A stretch of DNA of 64,000 nucleotides from Nitrospirota bacterium (lineage in GTDB: Bacteria; Nitrospirota; Thermodesulfovibrionia; Thermodesulfovibrionales; JdFR-88). Within the stretch, counting starts at the first letter, position 1. Each line of letters begins with the position of its first letter. The translations under genes were made by a program, and so were the position numbers. Below the pieces are notes generated by a model. That model worked only from the letters and a program-made list of their open reading frames with translations. It was not told where the DNA came from and made no database searches. The stretch is taken from NCBI GenBank assembly GCA_014874185.1, contig JACWAF010000033.1:21234-85233 (forward strand), given 5' to 3'. This document shows positions 1 to 8,227 of this stretch, piece after piece.

Positions 1-1022
1 CGGCCAGCCACATGGCATCCCTGTGCAGGGAGTTCAGGCTGCCAACCGTCGTCAACGCAGGGGACGCCACGAAGAAGCTTGAGCACGGGCGTGAGGTGAC
101 GCTTGCGGCGGCGGACGGGGGCTATGCCATATACGACGGGATCGCCAGGGAACTCCTGGCGGAGGCGAGGCGGGGTTCGCCCGGCGTCGAAGGGCTTTAC
201 GAGTTCAGGAAAAAAAGGTACATAATGAGGTTCATCTCCATGCTGAACCTCGTAAACCCGCTTACGGATGAATTCACCCCCGAGAAGTGCAGGACGATGC
301 ACGATATTTTGAGGTTCATGCACGAGAAATCTGTGCAGGAGCTTATAGAGTCATCGAGGCGGGCGGGCGGTGGATTCGCGCTGAAAAAGCTTGAGATGGC
401 CGTCCCCGCTGGAATCCAGGTGGTGGACATCGGCGGCGGCCTCAGCCCTGAAACGGGAGAAACGGCGCACCTGGATGATATCGAGTCGGTCCCGTTCAGG
501 GCCATTCTGGAGGGAATGCTCTATCCAGGCGCCTGGCAGGAGGCGGCAGTGGGTTTGCACGCCAGGGACTTTCTTTCCAGCATGATGAGGATGGAGGACA
601 TCACAAGCGGCGGTGCCGCCTACGCTGAAAAAAATATTGCCGTGATAAGCAGGGAGTACGTGAACCTCTCGCTCCGGTTCGGGTATCATTTCAACCTGGT
701 GGATTCTTTCTGCACGGAACGCGCGGCAAGCAACCACATATATTTCCGCTTTGTCGGCGGCGCGACCGATATTTCGAAGAGGTCCAGAAGGATAAGGCTG
801 ATAGAGGCGGTCCTGCGGGAATACGGCTTCGTCTCGTCCGCGAAGGGGGACCTGATCGTGGCCAGGATATCCAATATCGCAAAAGAAGAGGCGCTCAGGG
901 TGCTGGACCGCGCCGGAAGACTTATCGCCTTCACACGGCAGCTGGATGCCGTGCTGGAGAGGGACGACCAGGTGGAAGAGTTCAAAAGGCGCTTCCTGGA
1001 GAACAATTTCCGGATTGGCTAG
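1..1022 (+). CDS. PEP-utilizing enzyme family protein (phosphohistidine swivel domain plus ~290-aa C-terminal region); 5' end cut by window edge
   Basis: Frame is open from base 3. Residues A-S-H-MASLCREFRLPTVVN resemble the T/S-H-x-A-x-x-A-R-E-x-x-I/L-P phospho-His loop of PEP synthase/PPDK swivel domains. Stop TAG at 1020-1022. Confidence 0.55.
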   Translation, partial: ASHMASLCREFRLPTVVNAGDATKKLEHGREVTLAAADGGYAIYDGIARELLAEARRGSPGVEGLYEFRKKRYIMRFISMLNLVNPLTDEFTPEKCRTMHDILRFMHEKSVQELIESSRRAGGGFALKKLEMAVPAGIQVVDIGGGLSPETGETAHLDDIESVPFRAILEGMLYPGAWQEAAVGLHARDFLSSMMRMEDITSGGAAYAEKNIAVISREYVNLSLRFGYHFNLVDSFCTERAASNHIYFRFVGGATDISKRSRRIRLIEAVLREYGFVSSAKGDLIVARISNIAKEEALRVLDRAGRLIAFTRQLDAVLERDDQVEEFKRRFLENNFRIG

Positions 1023-1209
1023 TGTAGTGCGTCATAAATCTCTTTACATAGAAAACTCCGGGAAACCCGTTTTCCGTCATTCCCGAGGTAGTAATCGGGA
1101 ATCCATTTATTCTTTTGAAAACAAGGAGTCCCTGGATTCCCGCTTTCGCGGGAATGACGGCTAAAACACTCGAACATATGTAAAGAAGCGTTGGCCGCAC
1201 TACACTAGC
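1018..1209. mobile_element. MITE-like palindromic element with perfect 14-bp terminal inverted repeats and a nested double hairpin
   Basis: GCTAGTGTAGTGCG (1018-1031) is the exact reverse complement of CGCACTACACTAGC (1196-1209). Inside, CCGTCATTCCCGA..TCGGGAATCC and GGATTCCCGC..GCGGGAATGACGG (1074-1160) form two hairpins that also pair with each other. No ORF with a recognisable function lies inside. Confidence 0.55.
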
Positions 1210-1264
1210 ATATCATGGGTTATACTAGGCGATCATCAGTTTTAAACAGTCTCATAATAGGATG

Positions 1265-1392
1265 CATATGATTATAAATAAATCCCTCCTAACCTCCCTT
1301 TGCCAAAGGGAGGAATTTACCCCTCTTTTGCAAAGAGGGGCAGGGGAGATTTTTTATCAAATGTCAATTCAATTTTGAGGCCATTAATAGGC
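1265..1392. repeat. Structured intergenic repeat, family B copy 1
   Basis: Tandem hairpins CCTCCCTTTGCCAAAGGGAGG and CCCCTCTTTTGCAAAGAGGGG, then GGGGAGATTTT and the tail AAATGTCAATTCAATTTTGAGGCCATTAATA. Aligns by eye with 48285-48455; the core AATCCCTCCTAACCTCCCT is identical at 1281-1299 and 48301-48319. Confidence 0.6.
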
Positions 1393-1507
1393 TGCATCCG
1401 TTGTCATTCTGTCATGGTGAGGTCTTAATGAGCCTATTAGCAATAGCCGAATCTGAGTTTAGCGGGAGGCCGTTCTGAGGGTTCCGTCCGAAAGCAGTCT
1501 GCATAAA

Positions 1508-2413
1508 TTGTTCTCTATTCCCCTTTTCCTGGGCAGGCTGTCAGGGCTCGTAAAAAAATCCAACTGGTCTATCGGCATTGTCAGCGGCGAATCACCGTAC
1601 TCCTTCAGCCAGGCTGCAATCATAAACCCCGTACTCACCGCTTCGGACGTTACCGATACGGAGGCCCTTTTCCTTGCGGACCCTTTCATGCTGAAAGAGG
1701 GCGGTCTTTGGCACATGTTCTTCGAACTGCTGGAAAGGAAAACCCGCAAGGGCGTTATCGGCTGGGCACAGAGCCGGGACGGCTTCAGGTGGGAGTACGG
1801 TGGGAAAGTGCTTGAAGAGGATTTCCACCTCTCGTACCCTTACGTGTTCAGGTGGGAGGAAGGCATTTACATGGTCCCTGAGGCATCCAGGATGGATTCC
1901 GTAAGGCTCTACAGGGCGGCACGCTTTCCAGGCCGGTGGAAGTTCGTAAAAGAGCTTTTAACGGGGCGTGATTACGTGGACAACTCCATATTCCGCTATC
2001 ACGGAGGGTGGTGGATGCTCAATTCAAACCGCGCCTCCGATACCCTGCGGCTCTTCCATTCCGATGAGCTGGAAGGCCCGTGGCAGGAGCACCCGAAGAG
2101 CCCGGTAATAAAGGGCGATAAAATGACGGCAAGACCGGCGGGGAGAGTCGTCGAGCATGAAGGGAGGCTTATCAGGTTCGCCCAGGACGACAGCAAAAAA
2201 TACGGCAAAAGGATTTTTGCGTTCGAGATAACACGCCTCTCTGAAACCGATTACGAGGAGAGGTTTTTGGGGGAGCCGGTTAAAAAACCTTTTTTTGGCT
2301 GGAACTCCTCAAGGGTGCACAATATAGACCTGCATCCGATGGAAGACGGCAGGTGGCTGGCCTCGCTGGACGGGAAGGGCTACCGTTGGGCCTTCCAAAG
2401 GGCAAGACGGTAA
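1508..2413 (+). CDS. GH43-like beta-propeller fold protein (family usually annotated glucosamine inositolphosphorylceramide transferase-like); start uncertain (TTG)
   Basis: 301-aa ORF. Motifs ADPF..., HMFFE, LSYPYVF..G.YMVPE, LY.A..FPG.W, GGWWML, ARPAGR, IRFAQD...YG recall that family from memory. There is no in-frame ATG near the 5' end. Confidence 0.45.
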   Translation: MFSIPLFLGRLSGLVKKSNWSIGIVSGESPYSFSQAAIINPVLTASDVTDTEALFLADPFMLKEGGLWHMFFELLERKTRKGVIGWAQSRDGFRWEYGGKVLEEDFHLSYPYVFRWEEGIYMVPEASRMDSVRLYRAARFPGRWKFVKELLTGRDYVDNSIFRYHGGWWMLNSNRASDTLRLFHSDELEGPWQEHPKSPVIKGDKMTARPAGRVVEHEGRLIRFAQDDSKKYGKRIFAFEITRLSETDYEERFLGEPVKKPFFGWNSSRVHNIDLHPMEDGRWLASLDGKGYRWAFQRARR

Positions 2414-3462
2414 ACATCCATGGTTTTTTCGGCCATTGCCCGGAGGGTGAATTTTTCCTTAAAGCTGGTATAGGCATTTTCGCCCAGCCTTTTTTGAAGG
2501 GGCTTATCATCCGCTAATCTCTTTATAAGCCCTGCAAGCTCTTGCCAGCTGCCGTTCCTGAACAGGAAACCGTTTTCACCATTGGTGATGGCCTCCGGTA
2601 TTCCCCCCGTATCCGAAGCAATCACGGACAGGCCGGCCGAGAGGGCCTCCAGTATCGAAAGCGGCATGGCCTCTCTCCTGGAGGGGGCCAAATATATGTC
2701 CATTGCTCCAAGGAGGGCCGGGACGTCTTCCCTGTGGTCTAAAAAGATTACTCTATCATGAAGGCCGTAATCCATGACCGTCTTTTCTATTTTTTTATGA
2801 AATTCCCCTTCTTCCTTTCCGGCGAGGAAGAGGTGCAGGCGCGGATTATTTATGGTTCGCAGTGCCTCGATTGCCAGGTCGTGGCCCTTGTCTTCGATGA
2901 ACCTTGCCGCCATGAAAAGGGCGATATCCGATCCCTTTATCCCCAGCGCCGTCCTTTTTTCAGCCTTTTCTTCAGGGCTGGCCGGTCCCACTTCGGGCAC
3001 GCTGTTATGGATAACAGAGATTTTTTCCGGCTTGAGCCCTTTTTTAACCAGGTTATCTTTAACAGCCTGCGAGACCGCTATAAGCCGCTCCGACATCTGG
3101 AAATGTTTATGCGTATGGGTGGCATGGGCCGTTGCAACGCAGGGCACGCCGGAGAGTTTCGAGGCAAGCCCGCCGTAAAAGGCCCCCCTTGTAAGATGTG
3201 CATGGACCAGGCCGGCCTTAATCTTCTTTGCGAAATGGGCCAGCTTTAAAACCGAGTAAAAATCATATGTGCCGTGCATGGGGAGGGAAAGCGACTGGAT
3301 CCCGGCCCGCTTCGACTCTTCCCACAGCCAGGAGTCCCGCGGCCCGGCATAGGCTGCGGAATGGCCGGACTGGATAAGCGATTCCATAAGGTAAAGGGCG
3401 TGCTTTTCAGCGCCGCCGCATTTATGGCTGTGCAGGGCCAAAATTATATTCAGCTTTTCCAT
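2380..3462 (-). CDS. Glycosyltransferase family 4 (GT-B fold)
   Basis: 360-aa ORF. N-terminal HS.K.GGAEKH and C-terminal PSR.EAMPLSILEALSAGLSVIASDTGGIPE are the typical GT4 E-x7-E region. It overlaps the convergent upstream ORF by 34 nt. Confidence 0.85.
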   Translation of the reverse strand: MEKLNIILALHSHKCGGAEKHALYLMESLIQSGHSAAYAGPRDSWLWEESKRAGIQSLSLPMHGTYDFYSVLKLAHFAKKIKAGLVHAHLTRGAFYGGLASKLSGVPCVATAHATHTHKHFQMSERLIAVSQAVKDNLVKKGLKPEKISVIHNSVPEVGPASPEEKAEKRTALGIKGSDIALFMAARFIEDKGHDLAIEALRTINNPRLHLFLAGKEEGEFHKKIEKTVMDYGLHDRVIFLDHREDVPALLGAMDIYLAPSRREAMPLSILEALSAGLSVIASDTGGIPEAITNGENGFLFRNGSWQELAGLIKRLADDKPLQKRLGENAYTSFKEKFTLRAMAEKTMDVYRLALWKAQR

Positions 3463-3538
3463 GAAATATAATACCTTCCAGGGCCCGTTTTAAGAAATAG
3501 AAGCTGTTCTCCGCCCCGGATATAAGGTTATAATCAAC

Positions 3539-3566
3539 TTGACTCAGACAGGACCGAAAATATAAT
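3539..3566 (+). promoter_or_regulatory. Near-consensus sigma70-type promoter upstream of nuoA
   Basis: TTGACT (3539-3544), 16-nt spacer, TATAAT (3561-3566), about 100 nt upstream of the nuoA ATG. Sequence match only. Confidence 0.45.
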
Positions 3567-3664
3567 GAGGGTATAACGGACTCCTTGACTTTTCATGTCC
3601 CGGTGCTAGTTTGTTAATAGGCTTGGAGGCGAACGGTTCACCCTTTTTGGGGAGGACGGATTTG

Positions 3665-4075
3665 ATGGTCACGAAGGCCGGATACAGTGCAGAGTTATGG
3701 CCGCTTGCGGTCTATTTCGCGGGGGCGCTCCTCCTGGTCACAGGGCTTCTGGGCCTATCGCATTTCCTCGGAGAACAGCACAGGGAAAGGGCAACCGGCC
3801 AGCCCTATGAATCCGGCATTGCCGCCACAGGAACGGCTAGGGTCCGCTTCGACGTAAAATTCTATCTGCTGGCGATGATATTCGTGGTCTTCGACCTGGA
3901 GGCGGTCTTTTTAATAGCCTGGGCCATATCCGTCCGGGAGGACGGCTGGGCCGGATATATAGAGGTACTTGTCTTTGCGGGAGTGCTGGTGGCCGCCCTT
4001 GTTTACCTCTGGAAAATAGGCGCCCTGGACTGGGGCACCGAGGCGAAAAAAAAGGGGAGGGGATTCAGTCGATGA
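3665..4075 (+). CDS. nuoA: NADH-quinone oxidoreductase subunit A
   Basis: ATG at 3665 follows GGAGG (3651-3655). Three TM helices. PYESG and FDLEAVFL motifs typical of NuoA/ND3. Confidence 0.9.
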   Translation: MVTKAGYSAELWPLAVYFAGALLLVTGLLGLSHFLGEQHRERATGQPYESGIAATGTARVRFDVKFYLLAMIFVVFDLEAVFLIAWAISVREDGWAGYIEVLVFAGVLVAALVYLWKIGALDWGTEAKKKGRGFSR

Positions 4076-4701
4076 GGCCCAAAGGGGAAAGGGCATGGCC
4101 CGAGCTTCAAAAAACAGACCCGATACATGAGGCCGTAAAGCGCAATATCGCCTTCACCCGTCTTCAGGACATGATCTCCTGGGGCAGAAAGAATTCGATC
4201 TGGCCGTTCAACTTCGGCCTTTCCTGCTGTTACGTGGAGATGGCCACAAGTGTGACCAGCAGGTACGATATAGCCAGGTTCGGCGCGGAGGTCTTGAGGG
4301 GCTCCCCCAGGGAAGCCGATATGATTGTGATTGCCGGAACGGTCTTTGTAAAAATGGCCCCGGTCATCAAATGGCTTTATCAGCAGATGATGATGCCCCG
4401 GTGGGTAATTTCGATGGGTTCCTGCGCGAACTCCGGGGGGATGTACGATATCTACAGCGTTGTTCAGGGGGTGGACCAGTTCCTGCCGGTGGACGTCTAT
4501 GTGCCAGGCTGCCCGCCACGGCCCGAGGCCTTCATGGAGGGGCTTCTGCTTTTGCGGGAGAAGATAGGTAAGGAAAGGCGCCCGGTAAGCTGGGCAGCCG
4601 GTCCGCAGGAGGAGGAAATCCCGCTGATGCCCTCCATGCGCGACCTGAAAAGGGAAGAGAGGTCCCGGGTTACCGAGCTGCCTTCGCCGGATACCGTATG
4701 A
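4072..4701 (+). CDS. nuoB: NADH-quinone oxidoreductase subunit B, with a ~40-aa charged C-terminal extension
   Basis: ATGA overlap with nuoA. N2-cluster cysteines in GLSCC...[10 protein letters not shown]...VPGCPPRPE. Confidence 0.95.
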   Translation: MRPKGERAWPELQKTDPIHEAVKRNIAFTRLQDMISWGRKNSIWPFNFGLSCCYVEMATSVTSRYDIARFGAEVLRGSPREADMIVIAGTVFVKMAPVIKWLYQQMMMPRWVISMGSCANSGGMYDIYSVVQGVDQFLPVDVYVPGCPPRPEAFMEGLLLLREKIGKERRPVSWAAGPQEEEIPLMPSMRDLKREERSRVTELPSPDTV

Positions 4702-6458
4702 GCCACGTGGAAGCAAAAGGGCCCCCTTCCGTCCTGGATGAGCTTTCCGGGAAGTTCAAGGGCTCGGTGCTTTGCTTTCAGGAAACAAAGGACCGGATTC
4801 CCACGGCCTGGGTCAGCAGCATGGCCGCCCATGACGTGCTTGAATACCTGAAGACAGGCAGCCGCCGTTACCGCACGGTTTACGACCTCACCGCCATTGA
4901 CGAGCGCGTCCGTTCGAACAGGCAGGGCCAGCCGGAAAGCGATTTCACGGTCGTCTATCACCTGCTTTCATATGACAAGAACGAAGACGTAAGGATAAAA
5001 GTACCCCTGAAGGGCGAGAGCCCGTCACTAAAAAGCATCGTCGATATCTGGCCCGCGGCCAACTGGTACGAGCGCGAGGCGTGGGACATGTTCGGGATCA
5101 AATTTGAGGGGCATCCCTCGCTCAGGCGGATCCTGATGCCCCCATACTGGAAGGGGCACCCCCTCAGAAAAGAGCACCCGGCCAGGGCCACCGAGCTTGG
5201 CCCTTTTCTGATGCCGGATGAGATGGAGGCCTCGCTGGAGGACATGCTCAAATTCAAGCCTGAGGACTACGGGATGGTGCGGCACGCCGGGGACACGGAT
5301 TTCATGTTCCTTAACGTGGGGCCGCACCATCTGGGCACGCATGGCGTGCTCAGGATAGTACTGGAGCTGGACGGTGAAGAGATCATCGACGCAGTTATGG
5401 ATATCGGGTTCCACCACCGGGGCGCTGAGAAGATGGGGGAGCGCCAGTCATGGCATACATACATCCCCTATACGGACAGGATAGACTACCTTGGGGGCCT
5501 GCTGAACAACCTTGCCTACCTGCTGGCGGTGGAACAGCTGGCGGGGATAGACATCCCGCCCAGGGCGATGGCGATACGGGTGATGCTTGCGGAGCTGTTC
5601 CGCATAGAGAGCCATCTTGTATGGCTGGGCACATTCGCGCAGGACCTTGGCCAGCTCTCACCGGTCTTTTACACCTTCAACGACCGGGAGAGGATATTCT
5701 CAATCATCGAGGCGGTCTGCGGCGGAAGGATGCATCCAGAGTGGTTCAGGATAGGGGGGGTTGCCCAGGACCTGCCGAAGGGCTGGGACAAGATGATGCG
5801 CGATTTTCTCGCCTATCTGCCGAAACGGCTCCGCGAATACGACAGGCTGATAATGAACAACCGCATCTTCAAGGCCCGCACCCAGGGCGTGGGCAGATAC
5901 AGCCTTAGCGACGCAATAGAGTGGGGGGTCACGGGGCCGAACCTGAGGGCCTGCGGGCTGGAATGGGACTTCAGAAAAAAAAGGCCGTATGCGGGTTATG
6001 AGAATTTCGATTTCGAAATACCGACCGCCCCTTACGGGGACTGCTACAGCCGTGCACTGGTGCGCATGGAAGAGATGAGGCAGAGCATGCGGATAATCGG
6101 GCAGTGCATGGAGAATATGCCGGAGGGGCCTTACAAGTCGCATCATCCTCTTGCCGCCCCTCCCCTGAAAGAGCGCACGATGCACGACATAGAAACCCTG
6201 ATAGACCATTTTTTGAACGTGAGCTGGGGGCCTGTCATCCCGGCCGGAGAGGCGGTCTCCCGCATAGAGTCATCCAAGGGGAACTATTCATATTATCTGG
6301 TCAGTGATGGAAATACCGTTTCCTACCGGACCAGGATAAGGACCCCTTCGTTCCCACATATACAGACCGTCTCTTTTTTATGCCGGGGGCTGATGGTCTC
6401 CGACCTGATAGCCATCCTGGGGAGCATTGATTTCGTCCTTGCGGACATAGACAGATAG
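4698..6458 (+). CDS. nuoCD: NADH-quinone oxidoreductase fused subunits C and D
   Basis: 586 aa. The N-terminal 30-kDa part has [21 protein letters not shown]. The 49-kDa part has [15 protein letters not shown] and a C-terminal ADIDR. ATGA overlap with nuoB. Confidence 0.95.
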   Translation: MSHVEAKGPPSVLDELSGKFKGSVLCFQETKDRIPTAWVSSMAAHDVLEYLKTGSRRYRTVYDLTAIDERVRSNRQGQPESDFTVVYHLLSYDKNEDVRIKVPLKGESPSLKSIVDIWPAANWYEREAWDMFGIKFEGHPSLRRILMPPYWKGHPLRKEHPARATELGPFLMPDEMEASLEDMLKFKPEDYGMVRHAGDTDFMFLNVGPHHLGTHGVLRIVLELDGEEIIDAVMDIGFHHRGAEKMGERQSWHTYIPYTDRIDYLGGLLNNLAYLLAVEQLAGIDIPPRAMAIRVMLAELFRIESHLVWLGTFAQDLGQLSPVFYTFNDRERIFSIIEAVCGGRMHPEWFRIGGVAQDLPKGWDKMMRDFLAYLPKRLREYDRLIMNNRIFKARTQGVGRYSLSDAIEWGVTGPNLRACGLEWDFRKKRPYAGYENFDFEIPTAPYGDCYSRALVRMEEMRQSMRIIGQCMENMPEGPYKSHHPLAAPPLKERTMHDIETLIDHFLNVSWGPVIPAGEAVSRIESSKGNYSYYLVSDGNTVSYRTRIRTPSFPHIQTVSFLCRGLMVSDLIAILGSIDFVLADIDR

Positions 6459-6487
6459 CGCGCGCATGGACGGGTGAAGGAAGGGCG

Positions 6488-6952
6488 ATGCTGAGCGAAG
6501 AGGAAAGAAAAGAGATCGAGGCGGAGGCAGGGCAATACGACAGGAAAGAGGCCGGGTCGGTGGAGGCCCTGAAAGTAGTCCAGAGGCACAGAGGATGGGT
6601 CTCCGATGAGGCCATCAGGGACATATCAGCAGCCCTCGATATGACGCCGGACGAACTGGACGCGGTTGCCACCTTCTACTCTTTCATCTTCAGAAGGGAA
6701 GTGGGCCGGAACCTGATACTGGTCTGCGACAGCGTTGCATGCTACGTAATGGGGTACCAGGGGGTGCTTGATTCGATAAAGGAAAAGCTGGGGATAGACC
6801 TGGGCGGCACGACGGAAGACCGAAGGTTCACCCTGCTGCCCATCTCCTGCCTGGGACAATGCGACAAGGCCCCGGCAATAATGATAAACGAGGACATTTA
6901 CGGCAATCTGGGGCCGGAGATGCTCGATTCCATTTTATCGAGGTATAAGTGA
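6488..6952 (+). CDS. nuoE: NADH-quinone oxidoreductase subunit E (24 kDa, 2Fe-2S)
   Basis: CDSVAC...CLGQCDKAP cysteine pattern; 154 aa. Confidence 0.93.
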   Translation: MLSEEERKEIEAEAGQYDRKEAGSVEALKVVQRHRGWVSDEAIRDISAALDMTPDELDAVATFYSFIFRREVGRNLILVCDSVACYVMGYQGVLDSIKEKLGIDLGGTTEDRRFTLLPISCLGQCDKAPAIMINEDIYGNLGPEMLDSILSRYK

Positions 6953-8223
6953 ACGAACGGCCGCTTACGGGGATGTTCAGGCCGGACGGGCTTGCCCCGG
7001 ATATAAAGGAATATGAATCCAAAGGGGGCTACCAGGGGTTGCGCAGGGCGCTCTCGATGAGCCCCGGGGAGGTGCAGGAAGAGGTGAGGGCCTCGGACCT
7101 GAGGGGCAGGGGCGGGGCGGGCTTCCAGACAGGCGCCAAGTGGAGTTTCGTTCCGATGGGAGAGAACGCGCCCAGACCCAAATACCTGGCGGCCAACTGC
7201 GACGAGATGGAGCCGGGGGCCTTCAAGGACCGCCTGCTGATGGAAGGCAACCCGCACCTTTTGATAGAGGGAATGATAATAGGCGCGTGGGCGGTGCAGG
7301 CGGATATCGCCTTCATCTTCCTGCGCTGGGCATATAAGGAGGCGGCACGGCGGCTGGAGAAGGCGCTCCACGAAGCCTGTCAAGGCGGCTATCTTGGGAA
7401 AAACATCCTGGGCTCGGGGTTCAGCCTTGAGATGCGAATTCACACGAGTGCCGGCCGCTACATCTGCGGCGAGGAGACGGCCCTTATTACCGCCCTGGAG
7501 GGGAAGCGCGCGACTCCCAGGTCGAAACCCCCGTTTCCGCAGACGAGCGGGCTATGGGGAAAGCCTACCGTGGTGAACAATACCGAGAGCTTTTGCAATG
7601 TGCCCCATATCCTTGCGAAGGGGGCCGAATGGTACAAGTCCATAAGCCGCTCCGCAGACGGCGGCACCAAAATATATACGGTAAGCGGAAGGGTGAAAAA
7701 CCCCGGCTGGTGGGAACTGCCGATGGGCGCCACCGTCCGCGAACTCATTTATGAACATGCGGGCGGCATGCGCGAGGGGTATAAATTCAGGGCTGTGATA
7801 CCGGGCGGGGCTTCGACCGAGTTTCTGATAGAGGAACACCTGGACGTGAAGATGGATTTCGATGATGTCCAGAAGGCGGGAAGCCGCCTTGGCACCGGGA
7901 CCATGATAGTGCTTGACGACCGCACCTGTCCGGTAGGGACCGTCTTCAACCTGGAAAATTTTTTCGCACGCGAGTCCTGCGGCTGGTGCACGCCGTGCAG
8001 GGAGGGCCTGCCGTGGATAGCAAAAACCCTGAATGCCATCGAATGCGGCGAGGGCCGTTATGAGGACCTGAGTATGCTGGAGGCCCATTGCCATCTGCTT
8101 GCTCCGGGCCATACCTATTGCGCGCTGGCGCCGGGGGCGGTAGAGCCCCTGCAGAGCGCCCTCAAGTACTTCCGCGAGGATTTTTCAAGGCATATTGAGG
8201 GGAAAGGCTGCCCGTGGAGCTAG
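6949..8223 (+). CDS. nuoF: NADH-quinone oxidoreductase subunit F (51 kDa; FMN/NADH site)
   Basis: GTG start in a GTGA overlap with nuoE. Motifs GRGGAGFQTGAKW, CDEMEPGAFKDR, SCGWCTPCREG. Confidence 0.95.
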   Translation: MNERPLTGMFRPDGLAPDIKEYESKGGYQGLRRALSMSPGEVQEEVRASDLRGRGGAGFQTGAKWSFVPMGENAPRPKYLAANCDEMEPGAFKDRLLMEGNPHLLIEGMIIGAWAVQADIAFIFLRWAYKEAARRLEKALHEACQGGYLGKNILGSGFSLEMRIHTSAGRYICGEETALITALEGKRATPRSKPPFPQTSGLWGKPTVVNNTESFCNVPHILAKGAEWYKSISRSADGGTKIYTVSGRVKNPGWWELPMGATVRELIYEHAGGMREGYKFRAVIPGGASTEFLIEEHLDVKMDFDDVQKAGSRLGTGTMIVLDDRTCPVGTVFNLENFFARESCGWCTPCREGLPWIAKTLNAIECGEGRYEDLSMLEAHCHLLAPGHTYCALAPGAVEPLQSALKYFREDFSRHIEGKGCPWS

Positions 8224-8227
8224 ACCA

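Noticed and set aside
946-1200. 72-aa ORFs on both strands (946-1164 +, 982-1200 -). Analogous ORFs lie at 32161-32379, 32310-32552 and 51127-51430.
   Set aside because: They lie wholly within palindromic repeat elements and simply translate the hairpin arms (peptides such as VIPAKAGIQ and RFRGNDG). There is no independent coding evidence.
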